A stretch of 62,561 bases of DNA from an uncultured Gemmatimonadales bacterium (lineage in GTDB: Bacteria > Gemmatimonadota > Gemmatimonadetes > Gemmatimonadales > GWC2-71-9): contig CAWCVB010000004.1 of NCBI GenBank assembly GCA_963798915.1, positions 1 through 62,561 of the forward strand, read 5' to 3'. Below, in pieces: positions 30,260 through 38,228 of the stretch. The position numbers were made by a program, and so were the translations under genes. Below the pieces are notes generated by a model. It did no database searches. It was given only the letters and a program-made list of their open reading frames with translations, and was not told the DNA's origin. The number at the start of each line of letters is the position of its first letter. Within the stretch, counting starts at the first letter, position 1.

Positions 30260-31377
30260 GTCCCGGCCGCCCAAGTGCATGATTCTGTATCTACCTGATA
30301 ACGGCGGAGTACGGTGTACGGTGCTCCCCCTTCCGGCAAGACTTGGGCGAGCACAAACAGCGTGTCTCCTGCGAACGCCACACGCGCAAACGGGTCGCTG
30401 GGAACTGGAACCAGCGCGTCCGGGCAAGTTCTGCGCCGCTGCAGGTCAATGACAGATAGGTAAAGGGTACCGGCGAGCCTGCTGGACAATCGTTCAAAGT
30501 CTGCCGTTACATACGCAATCTTTCCATCAGCTAGGCGCGCAAGCAGCATCGGTATGGAAGGCCGGAAGACGGCAGCGGCGGCACTTTGAGGCTGGTCGTC
30601 CGAAATGCTGCTCAACAATTTCGGCAGCGCTCCTCGACGCGAGGAGTGGGCGACGCGGATGCTGTCAAATGGGCCTTGGTACGGGCCGACAAAGAGAAAG
30701 TTCGACAGCTCTATCGCCAGTCCGATGCTATCGTCGCCAAGCGGAACGACCTGAAGATACGAGAAGTTATCGTTGATGATACGGCTCGGCCCGAGAGGCT
30801 CAGGAAAGGGGCCACCGCGTAGGGGACTATCCACTGCGGTGCCAACCCCCATGAGCGTCGTCCGCGACACGGTATCAATCAGGCGAAAGATAGCTCGTCC
30901 ACGCTGGTAGGCGAGCGGCACGGCCGGAGGGATTGACGTACTGGGTATTAGCCGTGCCCAGAGCTCGTCGCCCGACTGAAGGTCCAGGAGCTTAGCCTCG
31001 GAGCCATCCTCCACAATGCCAAGCGTGTCGTTCGCCAAGAGTAGCTCAGCTGGCCCGGCCTCGAACTCGCCAGGTCCCGATCCTCGGCGCCCAATATCCC
31101 GGAGGTGTTCACCATCAGGAGCATATTCGTGGATGGTGCTGTTTCGTCCATCAGGTATCCAGATGACGCCGTCGCGGCCGATGCGCAGTCCCGTCGGCAA
31201 GCCAACGAACGAGGTGTCGCTCTCGGCCAATCTGACAGTATCAATCAGGTGCAGTACTGGGGATTGTGATGACGGCTCATCCTGATGACACGACCAGAGA
31301 GATACCCCGATCACGGCGCTGACGATTGCCGGTGCCAAGCCGATCCGCCGGGGTCTGGCACAGGCAATGTCAATCAT
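30256..31377 (-). CDS. Beta-propeller (6-bladed/NHL-like) lipoprotein
   Basis: Lipobox-like LWSC; IWIPDGRNSTIHEYAPDG..L..IGRRGSGPGEF signature. Confidence 0.8.
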   Translation of the reverse strand: MIDIACARPRRIGLAPAIVSAVIGVSLWSCHQDEPSSQSPVLHLIDTVRLAESDTSFVGLPTGLRIGRDGVIWIPDGRNSTIHEYAPDGEHLRDIGRRGSGPGEFEAGPAELLLANDTLGIVEDGSEAKLLDLQSGDELWARLIPSTSIPPAVPLAYQRGRAIFRLIDTVSRTTLMGVGTAVDSPLRGGPFPEPLGPSRIINDNFSYLQVVPLGDDSIGLAIELSNFLFVGPYQGPFDSIRVAHSSRRGALPKLLSSISDDQPQSAAAAVFRPSIPMLLARLADGKIAYVTADFERLSSRLAGTLYLSVIDLQRRRTCPDALVPVPSDPFARVAFAGDTLFVLAQVLPEGGAPYTVLRRYQVDTESCTWAAGT

Positions 31378-31606
31378 TTTCCCAGCAGGTTGAGCCGGGG
31401 TTGCCCTTGCAAGTGAAAGCCGGAGTGCATGAGAGGATCCAAGTACAGTAGCATTGGTTGTCCCAGCTTTGCAGGCACACGAGCCCACCATCCTCCGACC
31501 ATGCAGGAGCGGGCCCAGCAGCTATTAATAAGCCAATCGTGGTCACGAGGATGATCGTCAGTGAGCGTAGTGCCCACCCATTGAAAATCTGATGGAGTGG
31601 TTGCAT
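31370..31606 (-). CDS. Secreted six-cysteine peptide 2 (78 aa)
   Basis: Signal ending GPAPA; mature SEDGGLVCLQSWDNQCYCTWILSCTPAFTCKGNPGSTCWEND; stop overlaps the propeller ATG. Confidence 0.75.
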   Translation of the reverse strand: MQPLHQIFNGWALRSLTIILVTTIGLLIAAGPAPAWSEDGGLVCLQSWDNQCYCTWILSCTPAFTCKGNPGSTCWEND

Positions 31607-31619
31607 CGCAGCATCCGCG

Positions 31620-31733
31620 TTCCTGCTGATGACCCGATCGGAGGGATACTCCGACCATGGCGTTGACAATTGCCGGCGCCAAGCTGATTCATTGAAGCTC
31701 GGCACCGGCGTTGCTAGTGCGTACGCCAATCAC
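31620..31733 (-). pseudogene. Remnant N-terminus of a second beta-propeller lipoprotein gene
   Basis: GTGA-coupled to peptide 1; reads ...Q*ISLAPAIVNAMVGVSLRSGHQQE versus RIGLAPAIVSAVIGVSLWSCHQDE in the intact gene. Confidence 0.7.
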
Positions 31734-31951
31734 TCTTGACAGCGTGCGCCGACCTTCCCACCGCAAGTGGCAGCCCAGTTGCATGCGTGAATCCACGTGC
31801 AGTAGCAGTGGGCGTCCCAATCCTGCTGGCACCCAAGAGTATCCTCCGACCGCGCAGGAGCGGGCCCAGCAGCTAAGCCAATCGTGGTCACGAGCATGAT
31901 TACCAACAGGCGTAGAGTCCAGCGTTTATGATCGGAATCGTGTGGCCGCAT
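31730..31951 (-). CDS. Secreted six-cysteine peptide 1 (73 aa)
   Basis: RBS GGAGGT; signal ending GPAPA; mature SEDTLGCQQDWDAHCYCTWIHACNWAATCGGKVGARCQE. Confidence 0.8.
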   Translation of the reverse strand: MRPHDSDHKRWTLRLLVIMLVTTIGLAAGPAPARSEDTLGCQQDWDAHCYCTWIHACNWAATCGGKVGARCQE

Positions 31952-32263
31952 GGATGACCTCCATTCTTTCATTCATCGCTGTAACGGTGGTCCAGTGCTC
32001 GGATCGCTCTTCCCAGTCGCTCTCCTCTGTCAAGTGGGGTGGTCATGCGCTTCTTATGAAGGCTGCTGCCAGGATGCGATGCTATCGGATCCTCGCCATG
32101 AGATCATTAATGTCTTAAGGCGTGATCCGCCATACAAATTCTGCGCAAAAATGCCGATTATTTGCTTCGCGTGACTGCACACCCTTGGGCTCTTTCCCAC
32201 CAGCCGATGCCGAGGTAACATCAAGAACTGTCTCGCGCTGGAAAGAGTCCAGGCGGAGGTACC

Positions 32264-33046
32264 ATGCGCTCACTTTGGAACAATCTGGTGGCGCTACCCT
32301 TGCCATATTCGGAGTATGCAGCTCCAGAGCCACCCCTGCCGATCGGGACCATCCTCATCGTCAATATTGGGGGCGGCCTGTCCCTGAGTCGCGAAGTGAT
32401 TGAACTCTGTAGCAGCCATCCCTGGTGCCCAACGTGCGTGCTACTGCCCGACAACGCGCCCGTCAGCGCTTTTGACTTGCAGTTGCTCATGACCCTGGGG
32501 TCTCCGAAGCTTGCGTTTATGAACGGTGCAGTAGCACGTATGCCCGCCGCGGCGGTCGTCAAACTGGTCGATGGCCGACAGATGCCGGATGCAAGCGGGC
32601 TGGCCGGTGCTGTTGCGAGTAGGCTGTCTCAGCGTGAGATACAACCGTGGCTTGAGGCCTGCCTCACTAACGCCTTCAGAGCCGGGAAAGGGCCATCACG
32701 GGACACACTACGTCGTCATATCGGTGGCTTCGGCCTGCTTCGCCCCCACCAGTGGAGATGGATTCCGGGCACACTACGCGCGGTCATGCATGCGAGGGCA
32801 AATCCCTCACTTTCTCTCGTGCGAGCTGCGGCGGATTGTGGGCTCGATGTCCGCTCGCTGCGTACCCATGTCAGCGAGCTGACCGGGCTTTCATTGCGAT
32901 CGGCTCTCGCGTACGCGGGATGGGAGTGGTTCATTGAGACAGTGCTCCGCCGATGGGAGTATGTCGGCGGAATGAGAGCGGAAGCTACGCAGTCGGACCA
33001 TTCAGTCAGGTTGTCTGCATATGAGAACCGTAGCCGACCAGCCTAA
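32264..33046 (+). CDS. Putative AraC-like HTH transcriptional regulator
   Basis: Two HTH-like segments, SRDTLRRHI...GLLRP and SLVRAAADCGLDVRSLRTHVSELTGLS; divergent from the peptide operon. Confidence 0.55.
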   Translation: MRSLWNNLVALPLPYSEYAAPEPPLPIGTILIVNIGGGLSLSREVIELCSSHPWCPTCVLLPDNAPVSAFDLQLLMTLGSPKLAFMNGAVARMPAAAVVKLVDGRQMPDASGLAGAVASRLSQREIQPWLEACLTNAFRAGKGPSRDTLRRHIGGFGLLRPHQWRWIPGTLRAVMHARANPSLSLVRAAADCGLDVRSLRTHVSELTGLSLRSALAYAGWEWFIETVLRRWEYVGGMRAEATQSDHSVRLSAYENRSRPA

Positions 33047-33109
33047 ACACTTCTTTGGTACCGTCCACTAGCTCGAGATCACGATCATGGTTGAGCCCAC
33101 GCTCCGCAT

Positions 33110-35023
33110 TCACTCCACCCTTACCCACGCCTTCCCCCGTGCCAGCGGCCAGCGCAGCAGCACGCCGATGCCCTGCTCGGTGCGCTCGAATCCCCGTTCG
33201 CTCTTGGAGACGGTCGAGACTGGCGCCCGCCACTCATCGAACCCGTCGTGCTCCAGGGGCACTGCCGCCGACAACGTCAGCTCGACCGTGAACACCTGGC
33301 CCTCGGCTTCGGGAGGCGGGCACCACTCGTATTCGGCATGGAGGCGGCCGTCGGGCGTGAACGTCAGGCGCTTGACCAGCCCCAGCGGCGTCGCGTCGCC
33401 ATGCAGCCCGATCACCAGGCCCTCCGGCATCAGTTCGGTGGCCCATTCGAAGCGCTCGTTGGTCCAGGACACCCTCGGCTGGTAGTCGGCCGCGGCATAC
33501 TGTTCGCGCGTGACGGCATCATCGAGCACGCGCTCACGCAGGAGGGTGCGCTCGTCCAGGTCAACCACCGGGCGTTCGTCCAGTTGTAACCGGTGTTCCA
33601 TGTCATGAATGCTCGGGACGCCGTTCGTGGCGGAATCGCCATGGCCTGGCGAGATATCCGCGTGGTAGGCTTCGAGCCGGCGCGTCAACGTGTCACAGAG
33701 GTTTTGGCCGATGGCAAAGCGCGTGAATTCTTCGACGGCGCCGCCACGGTCTGGGCTTACGAGTGCCGAGAAGCTGGCGCTGTGCACCCACAGTTCATCG
33801 TGGCCGTCAAAATCAAAATCCAGGCATTCCGCCGCGACGGGCTCCTCGTGCCGCATCTCAGCTTCGGCCTGGGCCAGCTCGGCCCAGACGGCATGGCGCA
33901 GATGCGGCAAGTACAGGCCGCCGAACACCCCATGCCAGTAAGCGTCGTTGCATTGCGCGCGTGAGATCGCGCGCCGCACCGCCGCCGGGTTGCCCCGCTG
34001 CCGGGCCAGCACGGAGAGCTGCTGGGCCTTCTTGTGCATCCGGTTCGATTCAGGGTACTTGACCAGAAAGTTCCGCCAGTGCGAGCCTCGGAGCAGGGCG
34101 CCCCATTCGCTGCTGAGCCACTCTTTGCCGAGGTCGTGTTCCAGCGCCGCCAGCCGGCCAGCGGTGGACGGAGGCAGCGCCCACCCCTCCATCTCGCGAT
34201 AGGAAGCGGTGGGCAGGTAGGCCAGCCCGCCTGTCGGCGTGGCATGACGCGCCGCGTCGAACGTGTCGAGCTCCATCACGCCGTCGTGCCGCAGCCGATC
34301 CAGTTCATCGAAGAAGCTCCGCAGCCAGCCACGCTCATAGACCCAGTCATGCGTGCCGGGCCATCCGCCAAACTTTTCGCCGTCGTCCGCCAGCACCGCC
34401 AGCGGCTGCCCGGCGGCGTGCAGCGCCCGGAGGTACTGTCCGGTGGCTTCGGGGGGCTGAAAGGGGATGAGGTAGCGAAGTTGCTCGTCAATCGCGAACA
34501 GCGTCAGGCGCCGCTGCTCATTCTCGGTGACCAGCGGACGGTACAGGCGGTCGCGGGGGACACCGGAGGCGAGGAAATGGCGATCGTCGACAATCGCGTA
34601 TGAGATCCCGGCGTCCACCAGGTCGCCCGGCAACTCGGGCGTCCAGACCCGCTCGGTCAACCAGAGGCCGTGTGCCTCAACGCCAAAGCGGCGGCGCAGC
34701 TCGCTGCGCATCCGCTCCACCTGCTCAATCCGATCCTGTCGAAGCAGGGCGGCGAGCACGGGCTCGGTCCAGCCGGCGGCCAGCAATTCGATCCGGCGAT
34801 CGGCCACCAGGCGGCCGATGCGCTCGAGGTAGCCGCCCGCGTGCTGCTCCATCCATTCGATGAGGGGTCCCGAAATATGGAACGTGAGCGGGAAGCAGTC
34901 CCGCTCTTCCAGGGCATCGAGTAGCGGTACATAGACCCGCTCCATGTGTTCCGCGAAGACGTGATCGAAGTTGCCGATGGGCTGGTGCAGGTGGAAGCCA
35001 AGTAGAAAGCGGACCGGAGGCAA
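33110..35023 (-). CDS. GH57 4-alpha-glucanotransferase/alpha-amylase (DUF1925/DUF1926)
   Basis: HLHQP, GLWLTERVW, DDGEKFG, SYREM, AQCNDAYWHG. Confidence 0.92.
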   Translation of the reverse strand: MPPVRFLLGFHLHQPIGNFDHVFAEHMERVYVPLLDALEERDCFPLTFHISGPLIEWMEQHAGGYLERIGRLVADRRIELLAAGWTEPVLAALLRQDRIEQVERMRSELRRRFGVEAHGLWLTERVWTPELPGDLVDAGISYAIVDDRHFLASGVPRDRLYRPLVTENEQRRLTLFAIDEQLRYLIPFQPPEATGQYLRALHAAGQPLAVLADDGEKFGGWPGTHDWVYERGWLRSFFDELDRLRHDGVMELDTFDAARHATPTGGLAYLPTASYREMEGWALPPSTAGRLAALEHDLGKEWLSSEWGALLRGSHWRNFLVKYPESNRMHKKAQQLSVLARQRGNPAAVRRAISRAQCNDAYWHGVFGGLYLPHLRHAVWAELAQAEAEMRHEEPVAAECLDFDFDGHDELWVHSASFSALVSPDRGGAVEEFTRFAIGQNLCDTLTRRLEAYHADISPGHGDSATNGVPSIHDMEHRLQLDERPVVDLDERTLLRERVLDDAVTREQYAAADYQPRVSWTNERFEWATELMPEGLVIGLHGDATPLGLVKRLTFTPDGRLHAEYEWCPPPEAEGQVFTVELTLSAAVPLEHDGFDEWRAPVSTVSKSERGFERTEQGIGVLLRWPLARGKAWVRVE

Positions 35024-35037
35024 GGATCAGCTCGGCG

Positions 35038-36717
35038 TCAGGAGAGGGAGCGCGTGCCATCAAGCGCGGCACGGATCGAGGGAATCAGTACTGGAAAGCA
35101 GTCATCGCGCTGGCGGCCCTCCTCAGCCTCGAGGCGCGCCCGCGCAAGGTCGTCCGGTTGAAGCTGACGCAGCGCGGCGACGAGCCGCTCGGCACGCGCA
35201 CAGTGCTCACGGAAGCGTCGCTCGCCGTAATCCGCCGCCGCGCCCGTCGAGATGATGAACTGCCAATCCGAGGCCTGGGCCAGCAGGAGCTCCCGGGCGG
35301 CCTGCTCCAGCACCGGGTGCCAGGCGGCATCCGCCAGTGCGTCTGGCGCCGCATTCCAGAACTCATCCTCCAGTGGCCAGAGACGCTCCCAGGTCCAGAC
35401 GACCTCGGGGTTCAGCCACATGCTGAAATCGCCCTTCCCGCCCCACGATCCCTCCGGCAGGCGGAGACCGGAGCGGGGCGGGTGCTCGGCCAGGTGCGCC
35501 GACGCGGTCACCGGCGCGATACGCGATTGATGGCTGAGCTGGCGGTAGGCCTGGGCCAGGAATTCCGGTCCCTCGGACCACCAGTGGCCGAAGAGCTCGG
35601 TGTCAAAGGGAACAGCAAGCACAGGGTGCCGGCGACGGCTCAGGCTGCTCGCAATCTCCGCCAGAAGGCCGGCAAAATGGGTCGCATGTTCCTCGGCCTG
35701 CTCCTGCGCGGCCGCCGGTTCGTAGGCTTCCTTCTGCCCCAGGTCGCTTCCAGGGGCACTGACACGCCACAGCCGAAGGCCGCCTGGCCAGCGCTGCTTG
35801 TGGAATTCGAGGTACGCGCTGTCCCCTGGATATCCGCCATGCCGGCTCCAGACCTGGCGACTGGCGACCGGGTCCCGCACAAAGGCGCTGATGCGCGCCC
35901 GGCCGGAGGACAGGACTCCGTATGCACTGTACGGCGATCGGCCAGAGGTGCCCTCGCTGCGGGGCGAGTCCGCCGCCAGGCCCAAGAGCTCCCCATCGCT
36001 CGACACCTCGAGCGGGTCGCCGCCGGTGACCAGATGCGCATCCACGAAGAAATACGCGTAACCGGCATCCGCGAGATGCTCATCGATACCGCGTCTCAAC
36101 GGCGCACGCCATCCGCCGGGCCACGGCGCCCACGGTCCGCGCGGCCGGTAGGCACACTCCGGCAGCCAGCAGCCTCGCGGCGCGCGCCCGAACAGCCGCT
36201 CGTGTTCACGGATGCCCACGGCCAGTTGCAGCCGGATGCTCTCGTCCCGGCCAAGCAGGGGGAGAAATCCGTGGGTGGCGGCGGAGCCCATGATTTCAAT
36301 CCGGCCCGCCGCTTCGAGAGCGCGGAACGCTCCCACGACATCGCCGTCGATCGCGCGCCAGAGCGTACGCATCTGCTCGAAACGCTCGCCCCAGAATTCG
36401 ACGGCTTGCCGGAGATGTGGCGCGGCGGCCTGCCCCGGCGCCGCATCCTCCTGCGCCGCCGTCCGGCGCTCCTCGAGATACACTTCCATCTCGGCCTGAA
36501 AAGTGGGCGATACGAGCTGGTTCGCGAGCACGGGCGTGAACCCGATGGTCACAGGCGACGCGATTCCGTCCGACTCGAGCTGACGCAGCTGCTTGAGCAG
36601 CGGAAGGTAGGTCTCTAGCGCGGCCTCGGTGAGCCAGTCCGAGCCGTGCGGCCAGCGTCCGTGGTTGAGCACCCAGGGCAGGTGACTGTGCAGCGCCAGC
36701 ACAAAATCCACCGCCAT
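35038..36717 (-). CDS. GH57 1,4-alpha-glucan branching enzyme (DUF1957)
   Basis: HSHLP, ETYLPL, ATHGFLP, WLPECAY, PFDTELFGHWW.EG, AQASDW. Confidence 0.93.
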   Translation of the reverse strand: MAVDFVLALHSHLPWVLNHGRWPHGSDWLTEAALETYLPLLKQLRQLESDGIASPVTIGFTPVLANQLVSPTFQAEMEVYLEERRTAAQEDAAPGQAAAPHLRQAVEFWGERFEQMRTLWRAIDGDVVGAFRALEAAGRIEIMGSAATHGFLPLLGRDESIRLQLAVGIREHERLFGRAPRGCWLPECAYRPRGPWAPWPGGWRAPLRRGIDEHLADAGYAYFFVDAHLVTGGDPLEVSSDGELLGLAADSPRSEGTSGRSPYSAYGVLSSGRARISAFVRDPVASRQVWSRHGGYPGDSAYLEFHKQRWPGGLRLWRVSAPGSDLGQKEAYEPAAAQEQAEEHATHFAGLLAEIASSLSRRRHPVLAVPFDTELFGHWWSEGPEFLAQAYRQLSHQSRIAPVTASAHLAEHPPRSGLRLPEGSWGGKGDFSMWLNPEVVWTWERLWPLEDEFWNAAPDALADAAWHPVLEQAARELLLAQASDWQFIISTGAAADYGERRFREHCARAERLVAALRQLQPDDLARARLEAEEGRQRDDCFPVLIPSIRAALDGTRSLS

Positions 36718-38225
36718 CAGGCCACGCTCCCGTCGCTCAGCGCCTTGCGGTAGACCGCGAGATAATTCTGGACCGAGCGCTCCCAGCTGAAGTCACGCGC
36801 CATGGCGTGCTGCATCATGCGCGTCCAGCGGACCGGATCAGCGAATCGGGCCAGCGCCCTGAAGGCCGCCGCCTCGAAGGCCTCGGTCGTATACGAGTCG
36901 AAAAGAAAGCCGGTCTGCTCGTCGCTAATCGTATCCGCCAATCCCCCCACCCGCCGCGCAACCGGCAGCGCGCCATAGCGCTGGGCTCGCATCTGCGTGA
37001 GGCCGCAGGGCTCGTACAGGGACGGCATCAGGAAGAGGTCGGCGCCGGCCATCAGGCGGTGCTCCAGTCGGTCGGTGAAGTCGAGTTGCACACCAACGCG
37101 GCCGGGATTGCGGGTGGCCAGGTCGACCAGCGCCGCCTCGTAAGCACGTTCGCCGCCGCCCAGGAACACAAACTGCGCATCGGTGTCGAACAGGTTCCCG
37201 GAATCGAGGATGAGGTCCAGGCCCTTCTGGGTCACCATGCGGCCAGTCATGCCGAAGAGGGGCACGCGACGTCGCTGGGCCAGGCCGAAGGAGCGCTGCA
37301 GCGCGGCCTTGCACCGGCGCTTGCCCTCTAGGCGTGTCGCCGAGTAATGGCGCGTAATCTGGGTGTCGCGATCGGGCGACCAGGTGCGCTGGTCAATTCC
37401 GTTCAGCACGCCGCTCAGCCGGTCACCCAGCGCAGTAAACACTCCATGCAGCCCGAAGCCGCCGCCGGGCGTGCGCAGCTCGCGCGCCTGCGTCGGGCTC
37501 ACCGTGACGATCCGGTCAGCAAAGACCAATCCCCCCTTGAGCAGGTTGAGCTGACCGTACCACTCTAGCTGGTCGAGATTGTAGAGCGACCATGGGAGAC
37601 CCAGTGCCGGCAGCAGCTCGGCGGGGACGTGGCCCTGGTATCCGGGGTTGTGAACGGAGAGTACGATGCTCACCCGGTCGAGCGGCAGCTCCACGCCAGG
37701 CACCCCTCGCAGGTAGACAGGAGCCAGTGCGGTGTGCCAATCGTGCGCGTGCAACAGGCACGGCGGCCGCGCAATGCGGGAAAGCGCTGCGACCGCCGCG
37801 CGGGCAAAGAAGGCGAATCGGAGGGCGTTGTCGGGATAGTCCTGACCGTGCTCGCCGTAGACGCCAGGCCGGTTGAAAAACTCACGATGTTCGATGAACA
37901 CGATTCGGGGACCCGTGCCGCGGTCGGCGGGGCGGAACAGCCGGACTTCCTCCGTCCGGTCGCCGAGCGTGACCGCGAAGGCCGAGCCGATGGGGTGGAG
38001 GTCAGGTGCTTCATCCCGGACAGTGCGGTGGAGCGGCATGACGACCACGACGTCGAGGCCGGCAGCGTGCTGGAATTCGGCGAGGCCGCGGACAGCTTCA
38101 CCGAGCCCGCCGGTCCGCGCGTAGGGAATGTACTCCGCCGTCAGGTGCACCACAGACACGGGCCGAAAATCCGGCGAAAGCAGCGGCGACTCGGTGCGCG
38201 GCGGCCGCGTGTCTGCGGGCGACAT
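36717..38225 (-). CDS. glgA: Glycogen synthase
   Basis: RTGGL (KTGGL variant), HAHDWHT, TVSPT, LNGID, MPSLYEPCGLTQM. Confidence 0.95.
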   Translation of the reverse strand: MSPADTRPPRTESPLLSPDFRPVSVVHLTAEYIPYARTGGLGEAVRGLAEFQHAAGLDVVVVMPLHRTVRDEAPDLHPIGSAFAVTLGDRTEEVRLFRPADRGTGPRIVFIEHREFFNRPGVYGEHGQDYPDNALRFAFFARAAVAALSRIARPPCLLHAHDWHTALAPVYLRGVPGVELPLDRVSIVLSVHNPGYQGHVPAELLPALGLPWSLYNLDQLEWYGQLNLLKGGLVFADRIVTVSPTQARELRTPGGGFGLHGVFTALGDRLSGVLNGIDQRTWSPDRDTQITRHYSATRLEGKRRCKAALQRSFGLAQRRRVPLFGMTGRMVTQKGLDLILDSGNLFDTDAQFVFLGGGERAYEAALVDLATRNPGRVGVQLDFTDRLEHRLMAGADLFLMPSLYEPCGLTQMRAQRYGALPVARRVGGLADTISDEQTGFLFDSYTTEAFEAAAFRALARFADPVRWTRMMQHAMARDFSWERSVQNYLAVYRKALSDGSVA

Positions 38226-38228
38226 CAG

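Noticed and set aside
31370..31951. Ranthipeptide/sactipeptide/lanthipeptide precursors
   Set aside because: No radical SAM, Lan or YcaO enzyme or peptidase transporter nearby; Sec-type signals and even Cys counts favour disulfides.
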